Shown piece after piece: positions 28,691 through 37,849 of a DNA stretch of 64,000 nucleotides. The DNA is from an uncultured Planctomycetaceae bacterium (lineage in GTDB: Bacteria; Planctomycetota; Planctomycetia; Pirellulales; PALSA-1355), in contig CAWBTK010000005.1 of NCBI GenBank assembly GCA_963791755.1, positions 100,508 through 164,507 on the forward strand, written 5' to 3'. Position 1 is the stretch's first letter; each line of letters opens with the position of its first letter. A program made the translations under genes and the position numbers. A model generated the notes under the pieces. The model saw only the letters and a program-made list of their open reading frames with translations. It searched no databases and was not told where the DNA came from.

Positions 28691-30620
28691 CTAGCGACGG
28701 CACCTGGCCAGTCGCAACAACCTGTACCGAATAGGACGGTTGTTATCATCGGCAAATCGGTACTCAAGAATTGGAATAACTTCGCCGATTTGCCCAAACT
28801 CGTCGTGCGAGCCTGAAATGGCCGATGCGAGCCGGCCCGAAGCGAGGCCGTCGGCGGAAGCGCCCCTAGCGGCGCCAACCGGTTCGGCCAACAGAAGATA
28901 GGTGAATCCGGCCTGGGCGGCATGGCTCCAGCCGGCGTCGGACCGGGGGGCGGTGGGAGCGGCTGGCGATGCCGGGCCAGGGGCGTGGCGGCTGGCAGGG
29001 CAATTGAAATAGAATGTGCTGGCGACGCCACCGCCTGCCGCGTCCTCGCACCACAGCCGATCGCTGCCGTTCTGGATGCGATTCAGCATCAAAGCAGCCC
29101 GATAAGTCGGATCGCGCGCCAACAAAAAATCATCGCGCCGCTGCCAACCGGTGGCCACGGCCCAATAGTCGCCCACGGCCGTCCAGCGGACGACTGCCGG
29201 GGCCAGGGCAAGCAACCCGGCCGCGATGCAAATCATTGCGGTCGCCAGTCGTGGCAGTCTCGCTGTCTCGTGCCAGGCCCAGGCCGCCAGAAGCGCGGCG
29301 AGCGGAATCAGCGGCGACCACCAGCGACCCGGCCAGGGACTCACGAGCGACAAGGCGATATACGCGATCGCAACGCCCATCACCAGGCTGAGGCCGCGCA
29401 AACGGCGAGCGGCCAGCAACAGTCCCAGGGCCAGCAGGATCAAGGGGCCCAGGTGGCGCGGCGATCGAATGCAGGGATTGCCTTTCCGCCGAACGATTCA
29501 GGAAAAAGCCAAGAAAGAACAGCCAGGGTCCGGCCGTGACAAGCGTGACGCCTAAGAACGTTCGGCCGGCCTCGGCGAACTCTCGACGCGACTCGCTTGC
29601 GGAACCGTAAACGTACGCACCGACGAGGCCCAGGGCCGCGGCGAAGGCAAGTCCAGCGGGCATCGTGGCGATGGCTCCGCCCAGCATCAGGCCACCTGCG
29701 ATTGGCCAGCCAGTCATCTCCAGATGAACCACGATCCGACCAAGAGCCGCCAGGGCGAGCGCACAGAAGACCGCCAGGCCGAGGTCCGCCAGCGGCAGGC
29801 CCAATTGATACTGGACTCCCGGGCAGAGCAGCGCCAGGCAGCCGGCGAACCGAGCGTAGCCGGAGGGCAGAAACTCTTGCGCCGCGAGCACGGTGGCCAA
29901 GGCCATCAGCACGCCGATTCCCCAATGGACCAGCGCGGCCGCCACCGGGCCGTCCAGCGCCAGGGCACAGACATACCACATTTGGACCAGGTTTGGCGGC
30001 GCCGAGCCAACGAAAAGCCCCCCGGAAAAACCGTGCTCCAGCAGCATCTCCTTGGGTAGTGCCAAGGAGCCGGAGATCACCTCCGCCGACGTTGTGGGAG
30101 CCAAAGCCACCACAAGCGAGAACAACAAGACGAGCCCCGCGAGCAGGGCCGCGAAGAGGCTTCCCCGTGGCGGCGGCGAGGAAGGCGGTGCGCATTCGTT
30201 CGCGGTGGCCGCTGAGATGAAATGCCCGGTGTCGGCGGCGAGATAGATACAGGCCAGTTCGACCAAGGTCCAGAAATTGGCGGCGAGCGTTATTCCGGCG
30301 ATTACCGGGGAGTAGACCCAGCCGGCCGCGGCCAGCACCAGCAACAGGGTGCCCCCGCACGCCAACCCCAGGGCCACGCTCCAGACGGTGACGAACAAAG
30401 GGTCGGCCCGCGGTAGCTTCAGCTGCCGCAACACCGGCCTTCCGAAGCCAAAAGCCGCGCCGCCTAGAGCGGTCGCCACGGCAATTGACCACAAGATTTC
30501 GCAGATGGCTTGCGGCGAAGGCACGATTCGAGATCTCGGAGAATGCGGGCGTGGCTTGGAGTGAGTCGCCGCGCCAACAGGATCAATAGCCCTCGATCGT
30601 CCACCAGCTCCAAAATGCAA
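28691..30620 (-). CDS. large polytopic membrane protein with C-terminal soluble domain (possible GT-C-like glycosyltransferase/polymerase); 1-nt insertion near 29444-29447; start uncertain
   Basis: ORFs 29130..30620 (TTG track start; alternative GTG at 30524) and 28691..29443 join as ...SIAAPPGP|LILLALGLLLAARRL once one C is removed from a C4 run. There are more than 10 hydrophobic helices. I recognise no diagnostic family motif. Confidence 0.6.
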
Positions 30621-30807
30621 AGTAGGACGCGGTCACGGCCAGCACCCAGGCGATCAAAGCCCAAGACACGTAAGCCGTCGCTCCGGACCTGGCCGGCGGC
30701 TGGTCGGAGCGATTCAACAGCGCGGCCGCCACGGCGCGACGGGCCATTGTCAGTCCGCGCGAACGATGGGCGGAGGCTGGACGGTCTTCCCGTACCGGCG
30801 CAATCAT
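30583..30807 (-). CDS. small membrane protein (74 aa), hypothetical
   Basis: ORF 30583..30807. The start forms an ATGA overlap with the upstream HAD gene stop (30804-30807). One C-terminal TM helix: VSWALIAWVLAVTASYFAFWSWW. Confidence 0.45.
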   Translation of the reverse strand: MIAPVREDRPASAHRSRGLTMARRAVAAALLNRSDQPPARSGATAYVSWALIAWVLAVTASYFAFWSWWTIEGY

Positions 30808-31619
30808 GCGTGAGGCTCCCTCGACAAAGCCCGCTCGAATGCGGCATGGCCCATCGGACCCTTTCCTGCCGCCCGATCGGGCGGCAGTCCGTTCGAGGGG
30901 CGCAGCAACGTGAGCAGATCTTCGAAACGATTCAGGTGGACGTCGGCCGTTGTGGGCTCGTGAAAATTAAAGGCCACGGTCCTGAGGCCGGCAGCCTGGG
31001 CGCCGGCCAAATGGGCTCGCTCGTGCCCTACGTAGACCACGTCGCAGGCAGGCAGCGCCAAGTGGTCAAGCATGGCGGCATAGCACTGGCCGGCGGGCTG
31101 GGAGTACTCGATCTCCAAGGAGGAGAGCACGGCCTGGAACCGGCCCGACAGGCCGAGCCGATCCAACAGCTCGCTCGTTTTGACGGCCGGATGCGGAGCG
31201 TCGGACCAGGCCAGCAACGGCAGACCACGGTCGGAAAGTCGCGTTAGCGTCTTGACCACGCCCGGCAATGCCCGCAGATTGTGCTCGAGCGACTGCCGTT
31301 GCACGCGGCTGGCGGCCTCGATCTCATCGACCTGCGCCCAGGAGAATCCCCAAGCGAGCAGGAACGACTGCAAGGCCTCGGTCGGCTCGCGGCGACCACG
31401 ATGGACCTCGACCAGATAGTTCGCGTCCCAGTCGCGGAGAAAATCGACCGGGTCGCTGGAGAAACCCATCCCCGAGACAAGTCGCAGCAACCACCGCCGC
31501 CAAAGCGTGGCGTCGTAAATCACATCGGGCACGTCGATGATGAGGGCCCTAACGGGAGCCGACTCGCAAGCCGCGGTCAAACCCGGTGGAAACCAGTTAG
31601 CCGGACGATCTTGATTCAT
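30804..31619 (-). CDS. HAD-superfamily hydrolase
   Basis: ORF 30804..31781; ATG at 31619 (MNQDRPANW...). LIIDVPDVIYD is a degenerate HAD motif I. The ...VVYVGHE... segment lies in a haloacid-dehalogenase-like layout. Confidence 0.6.
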   Translation of the reverse strand: MNQDRPANWFPPGLTAACESAPVRALIIDVPDVIYDATLWRRWLLRLVSGMGFSSDPVDFLRDWDANYLVEVHRGRREPTEALQSFLLAWGFSWAQVDEIEAASRVQRQSLEHNLRALPGVVKTLTRLSDRGLPLLAWSDAPHPAVKTSELLDRLGLSGRFQAVLSSLEIEYSQPAGQCYAAMLDHLALPACDVVYVGHERAHLAGAQAAGLRTVAFNFHEPTTADVHLNRFEDLLTLLRPSNGLPPDRAAGKGPMGHAAFERALSREPHA

Positions 31620-31687
31620 TTCGATTCCATTCAGCCGGCTTCCTTGCCAGCCGCCCGTGCGCGAGCCTGCACGCCGCAGTGCGTTTG

Positions 31688-32438
31688 CTAAACGACGGCC
31701 TTGGCCCGATTCAGCAGCGCCATGCGTTGGCGCAAGGCCGGTTGATGGTCGAGCAGATCGGCGATCCGTTGCCAATCCCACTCGTCCGATCCCAGCGCCT
31801 CGTAGATGACCTGGGCATGTTCCCAGTCTTCCTCGAAATCGATCTTCAACCTCAAATCCTCGCGATCCAGCTCGGCCGGCAGCGGGATCAGCCGCACGTT
31901 AAACAACTCGGGATGGGCGTAGAGGTAGGAGGTGACATGCTCGCGGTCCGCGATCCGCTGTGCCTCGAGGTTGGCACGCCGCAACGCGTCGGCCGAGCAC
32001 CATTCGGCCAGCAATCCGACGGGAGTCAGGATCGCCGGGCGTCCGTCGGCTCCGCGGTAGCTGATGTAGTCGCAGTTGGGATGGGCGTCGGCGGTGCTGA
32101 CGAGTCGGTCGATCAGCACCGGATCGACAAACGGGTGGTCGGCGCAAACGCGCACCGCGGCGCGAGCCCTGAACTGGTCAAGCGTGGCAGCAAAGCGCGG
32201 CTAGCGGATCGTTGGCGGCCGGCGCGAAGACCGAAACATCCGGCGGCACGAGCGCCCGCACCACGGGCACGTGGCAGGGATCGCCGACCAGTGCCACGAC
32301 TCCATCGAGCCGCTGGCAGTCCGTGACTCGGCGCACGGCCCATTCCAGCAGCGACTTGCCGCCCAGCTTGCGACCGATCTTGGATTCGACTTCTCCGTGT
32401 CCCAAGCGAACTTCGACGATTCCCAACGTGTTAAGCAT
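31688..32438 (-). CDS. SpsF/acylneuraminate-type cytidylyltransferase family protein, 1-nt insertion near 32199
   Basis: ORFs 32178..32438 (MLNTLGIVEVRLGHGEVESKIGRKLGGKSLLEWAVRRV) and 31688..32155 (..RVCADHPFVDPVLIDRLV...) join as ...NDPLA|RFAATLDQFRARAAVRVCADHPF once one C is removed. Confidence 0.7.
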
Positions 32439-32764
32439 ATAGTGCGGCCTCGATTCCTTTCTCCGATAGCGTCGCGGATGATGTCACTTGCCCCGAGCGG
32501 GCGGAGTCTAGCAACTATCGTCAAACGAGGTCAATACAAAGCGTTGGCCGTGGCCGAGACGTTTGGGACGAGGGCGCCGCGGCGCAGTTGCTGCGCTCAG
32601 GAGAATCCGTCGCTAGCAACCGCGGGCGTGAATGGGGGGTTCCCAAGCGGTCAATCACGAACGAGGGAATCCGTCTTGGACCGCGCCGACCGGGCAGCTA
32701 CAATTCGCCCCCTGCCAGCAATGGCCGACGCGACTCCATTCTTCATCAGGCAAGGAGGCCGAAA

Positions 32765-33694
32765 GTGGAGCGAATATTGATTACCGGAGTCGACCACGCG
32801 CTGGGCGCCAATCTCGCGCTCCAGTGGGCCGGCCGCGCGGAAGTGATGGGGTTATACGGCCGACACGCGGTCGCCTCCGCGGCGATCGGAACGGCCGCTT
32901 GGGACGGGGCCGATCTGGCGGCATTCGCCGGTATCTGCGCGGCGTGGCAACCGCGATGGATCGTGCACTGTGGACCGCTTTCGGCCGCAAGCTGGGACCC
33001 CGTCGACCGCGCTTTGGATGCCAAGGACGAACCACAGGTCGTCGCTAAACTGGCGGCGATCGCACACGAGTCGGGCGCCCGACTGACAGTACTTTCCAGC
33101 GACGTGGTCTTCGCCGGGCCGCGGATGTTTCATGAGGAGACGTTTCCGACCGGGAATACGACGCCCCGGGCCGTGCTGACCAGGAATATGGAACGGGCTT
33201 TAGAGGACAGCGGCGCCCTCGTCGTGCGGACGCACGCATTCGGCTGGAGCCCCGTGGCCGCTCAAGCGGGATTTGCCGAGCTGACGGCCCGTAGTCTGGC
33301 CACCGGCCAGGCTCTGGCGGCTGACGGGCGGCGCTATGCCACGCCGATCTTGGCGACCGACCTTGCCGAGTTATTGTGGCGAGCCCACGAGCTGCGGCTA
33401 TGTGGCCTTTATCACCTGGCGGGCGCAGAACGGACCAGCGCCTTTCGATTTGCGTCGGAATTGGCCGCGGCATTGGACCTGGATCAGCCCTCGGGCAGTT
33501 CCTCGTCGCAGCCGAACGGCGCGGAACACGAGGAAACCTCACTTAACAGCCGCCGAGCCCGTCGCGCTTTGGAGCGAGCCACGCCGCTGTTGAGTGAGTG
33601 CCTGCGTCGATTCGCCGCGCAGGCCGAGAACGGCTGGCGGCAAGCGTGGAGTTCGAGCGCTGGACCGACATTGCAGCACGAAGTGGCCGCGTAA
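32765..33694 (+). CDS. RmlD-like sugar-nucleotide reductase/epimerase-fold protein (degenerate NAD motif)
   Basis: In the frame of ORF 32588..33694. GTG at 32765, 6 nt after AAGGAGG. VERILITGVDHALGANLA...LTVLSSDVVFAG...YHLAGAERTSAFRFA resembles the dTDP-4-dehydrorhamnose reductase substrate-binding-domain family. Confidence 0.6.
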   Translation: MERILITGVDHALGANLALQWAGRAEVMGLYGRHAVASAAIGTAAWDGADLAAFAGICAAWQPRWIVHCGPLSAASWDPVDRALDAKDEPQVVAKLAAIAHESGARLTVLSSDVVFAGPRMFHEETFPTGNTTPRAVLTRNMERALEDSGALVVRTHAFGWSPVAAQAGFAELTARSLATGQALAADGRRYATPILATDLAELLWRAHELRLCGLYHLAGAERTSAFRFASELAAALDLDQPSGSSSSQPNGAEHEETSLNSRRARRALERATPLLSECLRRFAAQAENGWRQAWSSSAGPTLQHEVAA

Positions 33695-33752
33695 TGAACT
33701 CCGGCCGAGCCCGCACACGGCCCGGCAGTTCGAGAAGGAATTTGCCTCCCCG

Positions 33753-34415
33753 CTAACCGTGGGGAAGCCCCAGCAGTTCATACAGCCGCGGATCGGCGAG
33801 CGAGCTCGCGATGAGGGCCGCGCCGCTGAAGTCGTGGCGCAGGCTCGTGCCGCCGGGCACGGCCACCGCGATGGCCCCGGCCGCGACCGCGGCCCGGCAG
33901 CCGTTGGCGCTGTCTTCCAACACCAGCAACCGGGCCGGATCGACGCCGAAAAGCCGCGCGGCGAGAAGATAAATCTCGGGATGCGGCTTGCCTTGCTCGA
34001 TGTCCTCCGCGGTCAGGATGAATTCGAAGCGCGGCGCGAGCTCGAATCGCGAGAGCACGTCGCGGACAAAGTCGGGACCGCTGCTGGTGGCGATGGCCTT
34101 GGGCACGCCGGCCCGCTCCAACTCGGCCAACAGCGGCAACAGTCCGGGCATCAGGGCCAGTTGCTCGTCCAATAGCGTGGCGAAGATCTCGTCGGTTTCG
34201 GCGGCCAACTGCTCGACCGAGCAGTCGAGTTCGTGGGCGTCGATCATCAATTGCAGCGCCACGCTGGCAGGTCGCCCCATCATCGCGTCCAGCAGTTCCG
34301 CGGTAAACTCGCGGCCGCGGCGGCGGAGCATTTCGCCTCCGACTTGCTGATAGAGTTCCTCGGTATTGAACATCAAGCCGTCGAGATCGAAGGCGACGGC
34401 GGCGGGCCGGGACAT
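33753..34415 (-). CDS. HAD-IA phosphatase (beta-phosphoglucomutase-like family)
   Basis: ATG at 34415: MSRPAAVAFDLDGLMFNTE (motif I DxDG) ...ATSSG... GKPHPEIYL ...VLEDSANG. Confidence 0.85.
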   Translation of the reverse strand: MSRPAAVAFDLDGLMFNTEELYQQVGGEMLRRRGREFTAELLDAMMGRPASVALQLMIDAHELDCSVEQLAAETDEIFATLLDEQLALMPGLLPLLAELERAGVPKAIATSSGPDFVRDVLSRFELAPRFEFILTAEDIEQGKPHPEIYLLAARLFGVDPARLLVLEDSANGCRAAVAAGAIAVAVPGGTSLRHDFSGAALIASSLADPRLYELLGLPHG

Positions 34416-34691
34416 GCGGTTCAAGCGGTTGTGGAGGATCGAGTCAGAGCAAATCGACGGACGGTAGTCTACCGCGCCGCCTGGCAACGTGCTTTTTTTT
34501 GATGGCACGATGTCGACGATCGGCGACAGGGAATACTTCCGCAAACCGCACGAAGGCAGCCTAACGGCTCTCCTACACCGCTTCCGCGGGTTCATAGCTC
34601 TTTCGCGGGGGGCCATGTATGCCCCGGTTTCAGCATAGGCATATTCCCTTGTTCATTTGACCAGGCCGAATGCCGGCGTAGGGTTAGTCAG

Positions 34692-34928
34692 ATGCTTCCA
34701 AAAATGCGCACCATTCGCCGGTTTCTCTGCTGCGAAGATGGCCCCTCGGCCGTCGAATACGCGGTCGTGCTCAGCGTTATCTCGGCGCTAGGCATGGCAG
34801 GCGCCCGATCCGTCGGCATGGGCGTGTCGTCAACATTTACGAAGATCGCGGGCTCCGTGGACAGTGGCGGCGGAGGCGGTAGCGCCAGCTCAGGCAGCGC
34901 CAGTTCAGGTAGCGCAAGCTTCGGGTAG
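34692..34928 (+). CDS. flp: Flp/Fap-family type IVb (Tad) pilin; ends at a TAG inside a 15-bp repeat (the alternative repaired reading runs to 35084)
   Basis: MLPKMRTIRRFLCCEDGPSAVEYAVVLSVISALGMAG carries the Flp prepilin motif G/xxxxEY followed by a hydrophobic helix. The C-terminus runs into ...SGGGGGSASSGSASSGSASFG*. Confidence 0.8.
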   Translation: MLPKMRTIRRFLCCEDGPSAVEYAVVLSVISALGMAGARSVGMGVSSTFTKIAGSVDSGGGGGSASSGSASSGSASFG

Positions 34929-34997
34929 CGCAAGCTCGGGTAGCGCCAGTTCGGGTAGCGCAGCTCGGGTAGCGCCAGTTCGGGTAGCGCCAGTTCG
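34878..34997 (+). repeat. 15-bp tandem repeat GGTAGCGCCAGTTCG x8 (encodes GSASS)
   Basis: Units start at 34878, 34893, 34908, 34924, 34939, 34954, 34968 and 34983. Unit 3 is 16 nt (extra T near 34921) and unit 6 is 14 nt (missing A near 34961). Confidence 0.95.
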
Positions 34998-35103
34998 GGC
35001 AACTCCGGCGGCGGCAAAGGAAGCGGAAATAGCGGCGGGAATGGAGGCAAGGGGGGCGGCCAGGGGAGAGGCAACGGCAGTTGACATTGCGGAGGCGAAC
35101 AAA

Positions 35104-35577
35104 ATGGCAGTCTACAAAAGGCGACAGTTGCTGATTGACCCCAAGGTCCAAGGGTCGCTTATCCGGCGTGTCGTGATCTATTGGCTCAGTTGCGTCGGCA
35201 CGGTCGAATTCCTCGCGCTCACTTGGGATATCGCCACAGGACCCGAGCAGCAAAGCTTTTTCGCGTATTTTCAAAACCATGACTGGCAAGCCGTCGGCGT
35301 CCGGCTGTTGATCAGTTCCTTTCTGCTGATCCCGATTACGTATGACATGCTGCGATTGAGTAACCGCTTTGCCGGTCCGGTCTATCGCATGCGCCGGATA
35401 CTGCGAAAAGTGGCAACCGAGGGAATCGTGGAAGGGGTTCACTTGCGCGAAGATGATTACTGGCACGAATTTGCAGAGGATCTGAATGCGGCTCTTAGCC
35501 GGCTTTCGAATCGGGACGCCGACCCGGAGAACGCCGCCGGTTCATCGTTGCCCAGAGAAGTCTCGGCGGCGCCTTAG
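35104..35577 (+). CDS. two-TM membrane protein with HAMP-like segment (hypothetical)
   Basis: ATG at 35104 within ORF 34864..35577: MAVYKRRQLLIDPKVQGSLIRRVVIYWLSCVG.. ..VRLLISSFLLIPITYDMLRLSNRFAGPVYRMRRIL. The function assignment is weak. Confidence 0.5.
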   Translation: MAVYKRRQLLIDPKVQGSLIRRVVIYWLSCVGTVEFLALTWDIATGPEQQSFFAYFQNHDWQAVGVRLLISSFLLIPITYDMLRLSNRFAGPVYRMRRILRKVATEGIVEGVHLREDDYWHEFAEDLNAALSRLSNRDADPENAAGSSLPREVSAAP

Positions 35578-35751
35578 TTTGCAGCTTCCCGGTGTCTTGC
35601 TTGCGATGCCTCCGGTCGTCCAGACCATTTCCAAAAGCCATGCGGTAGCATCGCAATCTGAAACGCCGATCGCTATCGAAGGACAGCCGCCGGAAGCACG
35701 CCCCATCGGCGCCATCTCCAAGCCAGCGTCAGGCCGCGCGTCGCGAATACG

Positions 35752-36975
35752 TCAGGGCACGGTTTCCCGCACGGGGACCAAGCTCGATTGATCGCCGGGT
35801 GGAGATCCAGACAGTTCGGCGATCGAGGCTTCGCGCTTGCCCAGGCGCCGGCGTAGTGACCGATAATTCGAATACGCCGCAACCAAGGCCCGGCTCCAGA
35901 AGCCGTCGAGCGACACCACGACGCGCTCAATCCCGTAGGAGTCCGTGGCCCAGGCCCGAGTGGCCCGGCTGCTGGGCCCCAGAAAATCGAACCATCTGGT
36001 TTGCTCGTCATCATGGAACCGCTCGATCAGGGCGCGTGGCAGCGATTGCCCCGGGCTGAGCAAAGCGAACTTTTCGTCGTAGCCCACCTTGGGCGAGCAA
36101 TAGACGCCCTTGGCGCGCCAGCCATATTCGAATGCGGCCGGCACCGTGTCGAGTTCCAAACAGTTGATGCTCAACTGCCCCCACGCCGCCAATTGGCGGG
36201 CCTGGCAAAGATAGAACTCCCAAATGCCGGGCACGTTGAACACGGCGCTATTCGCCTGTCCTTTCCAACCGCTGGCTTCAACGGCGAAACAGGTGCGCAA
36301 AAGCGGCTCGACCCGAGCCGGCGACAAATCGTCGTAGCGGGCAAGCTCGAACGATCCCACTCGCGCCGCGCGGACCGCGGCCTGGCGCATGTGTTTGCGA
36401 TGGTTCGGCGAACGGGCGGCGAAGTATTCGTCCCAACCGTTCTCAATGCGGACCGCGTCGACGCCGAAACGACTGGCGCGAACGACCGCACGGCCCTGGT
36501 TTTGACAAGCGGCCAAAAACTCCTGCCAACGACGCGCGCCGGCGGGCACCGCGTCCAGCCACAGCAGCGGCCACTCGCATTGCCGCACGGCGTGCAACAA
36601 TACGTTGCAAATCTCGCGTTGGTCTTCGCCGGCATCGACGAGCAGGTCTCCAGCCGGGGACCAGGCATTGGTCGGCAATTGCCCCAGCATGATCCCTCGC
36701 CGTCGCCCAGCCATCAACGGCAGACCCGCGACCAGTTGACCGTCGCGCTCGACGGTCAGCGCCAAGAACGACTGGCCGCGGGCAAAGCACTCGCACCACA
36801 ATGCCAACAATTCGGCGCGAACTGTCGGTAGCGCATTCTCGCTGCGCCACCAGAGATCGTCCCAGGCCGGCGCGGCACGGCGCAGCGCGTCCCAGGAGTT
36901 CAATCGTTTGACAACCAGACCGGCCAAGCGTGCGACCTCGCGCGAGGAGGGAATTCCACGATCCAAGCATGGCAT
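35752..36975 (-). CDS. GNAT-fold acetyltransferase of the CelD/BioF2-like (FemAB-like) family
   Basis: ORF 35752..36975 (407 aa). The layout WDDLW...(N-terminal) and ...FEYGWRAKGVYCSPKVGYDEKFALLSPG is typical of CelD-like proteins. Confidence 0.7.
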   Translation of the reverse strand: MPCLDRGIPSSREVARLAGLVVKRLNSWDALRRAAPAWDDLWWRSENALPTVRAELLALWCECFARGQSFLALTVERDGQLVAGLPLMAGRRRGIMLGQLPTNAWSPAGDLLVDAGEDQREICNVLLHAVRQCEWPLLWLDAVPAGARRWQEFLAACQNQGRAVVRASRFGVDAVRIENGWDEYFAARSPNHRKHMRQAAVRAARVGSFELARYDDLSPARVEPLLRTCFAVEASGWKGQANSAVFNVPGIWEFYLCQARQLAAWGQLSINCLELDTVPAAFEYGWRAKGVYCSPKVGYDEKFALLSPGQSLPRALIERFHDDEQTRWFDFLGPSSRATRAWATDSYGIERVVVSLDGFWSRALVAAYSNYRSLRRRLGKREASIAELSGSPPGDQSSLVPVRETVP

Positions 36976-37096
36976 TTTTTAAGCCCGTGCGCCGGCCAGC
37001 CCAGGCTTGCCGGCGCATCGTGGAATATCGGCAGTGCCGCTTTAACCGGAGGCGGTTGGGACAGACCCACCCGGTGCGCTTCCCTGACAAGCCGGG

Positions 37097-37717
37097 CTAC
37101 AGCCGACAATCATCCAGGCTGGCGACCAATTCGGCCAGAACCATACTCGTGGCCCCCCAGATTCGCTCGGCCTGCCAGCGGTAACAGGGGGCGAAAAATG
37201 AGATCCCGCCGACATTGCGCTCCAGTCGGCCCGAATTGGCGGGGTCGAACAGGTGCTCGAGCGGCACTTCAAGCAGGCGATCGACTTCGCGAGGATTGGG
37301 GCTCCAGTGGGGCGGAGCATCGACGGCACCCACCCAGGGAGCAATTTGGTAATTGCTGGCGAACAGGTACAACGGCGAGAGCTGACCCAGCACTTCGATC
37401 GAGTCGGCCGGCGCGCCCAGCTCCTCGGAGAATTCACGAAGCGCCGCCTGCCGACTATCCTCGCCAGCCTCGATCAGCCCGCCCGGCAAGCTGACCTGGC
37501 CAGCGTGGTCCGGCATGTCGGCGCTTCGCAATGTGAGCGGCAGGTGCCATTGCCCCTGGTGAGGATAGAGCAAAATCAAGACGGCCGCCGGCCGGGCGCG
37601 ACGGCGCCGGTCCAAGATGGCGCCCGAAGCTGAGTTCCGGCTGATAGCGCGCCTGTGCGGCCCAACCGGGCAGGGGTTGCCGCAAACGGGCAGCCAATTG
37701 CATGGGCAAGTCGGCAT
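37097..37717 (-). CDS. NUDIX hydrolase (CoA pyrophosphatase-like)
   Basis: ORF 37097..37717. Nudix box: GQVSLPGGLIEAGEDSRQAALREFSEELG. Confidence 0.85.
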   Translation of the reverse strand: MPTCPCNWLPVCGNPCPVGPHRRAISRNSASGAILDRRRRARPAAVLILLYPHQGQWHLPLTLRSADMPDHAGQVSLPGGLIEAGEDSRQAALREFSEELGAPADSIEVLGQLSPLYLFASNYQIAPWVGAVDAPPHWSPNPREVDRLLEVPLEHLFDPANSGRLERNVGGISFFAPCYRWQAERIWGATSMVLAELVASLDDCRL

Positions 37718-37849
37718 TCAAGCTCTTCGGCGCCTCGACGTTTTAGGCCATCGCACGACGGAAACCAGCCGCGTTATCTTATCGCCAAGGGTCATCAGCG
37801 AAAAGAACACCGCGCGGCCACGGGGAAACGCGACGCATCGCCGACAATG

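Noticed and set aside
28691-30620. The large membrane protein as the exosortase for the adjacent PEP-CTERM protein.
   Set aside because: It is attractive by position. However, I cannot identify the conserved exosortase Cys/Arg/His signature by eye, and at ~640 aa with a large soluble tail it is atypical. I left it as an unclassified membrane protein.
23305-35000. CRISPR-like arrays.
   Set aside because: The only regular repeats are in-frame coding repeats: the 405-471-nt protein modules, the 15-bp GSASS units and the 63-bp coiled-coil duplication. No short repeat/spacer alternation or cas genes were seen.
34688-35074. Minus-strand ORF encoding a Pro/Leu/Glu repeat protein (…ELALPELALPELRYPNWRYP…).
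   Set aside because: It is the reverse-complement reading of the (GSASS) 15-bp microsatellite and G-rich tail of the flp gene. It has no start context or independent support.
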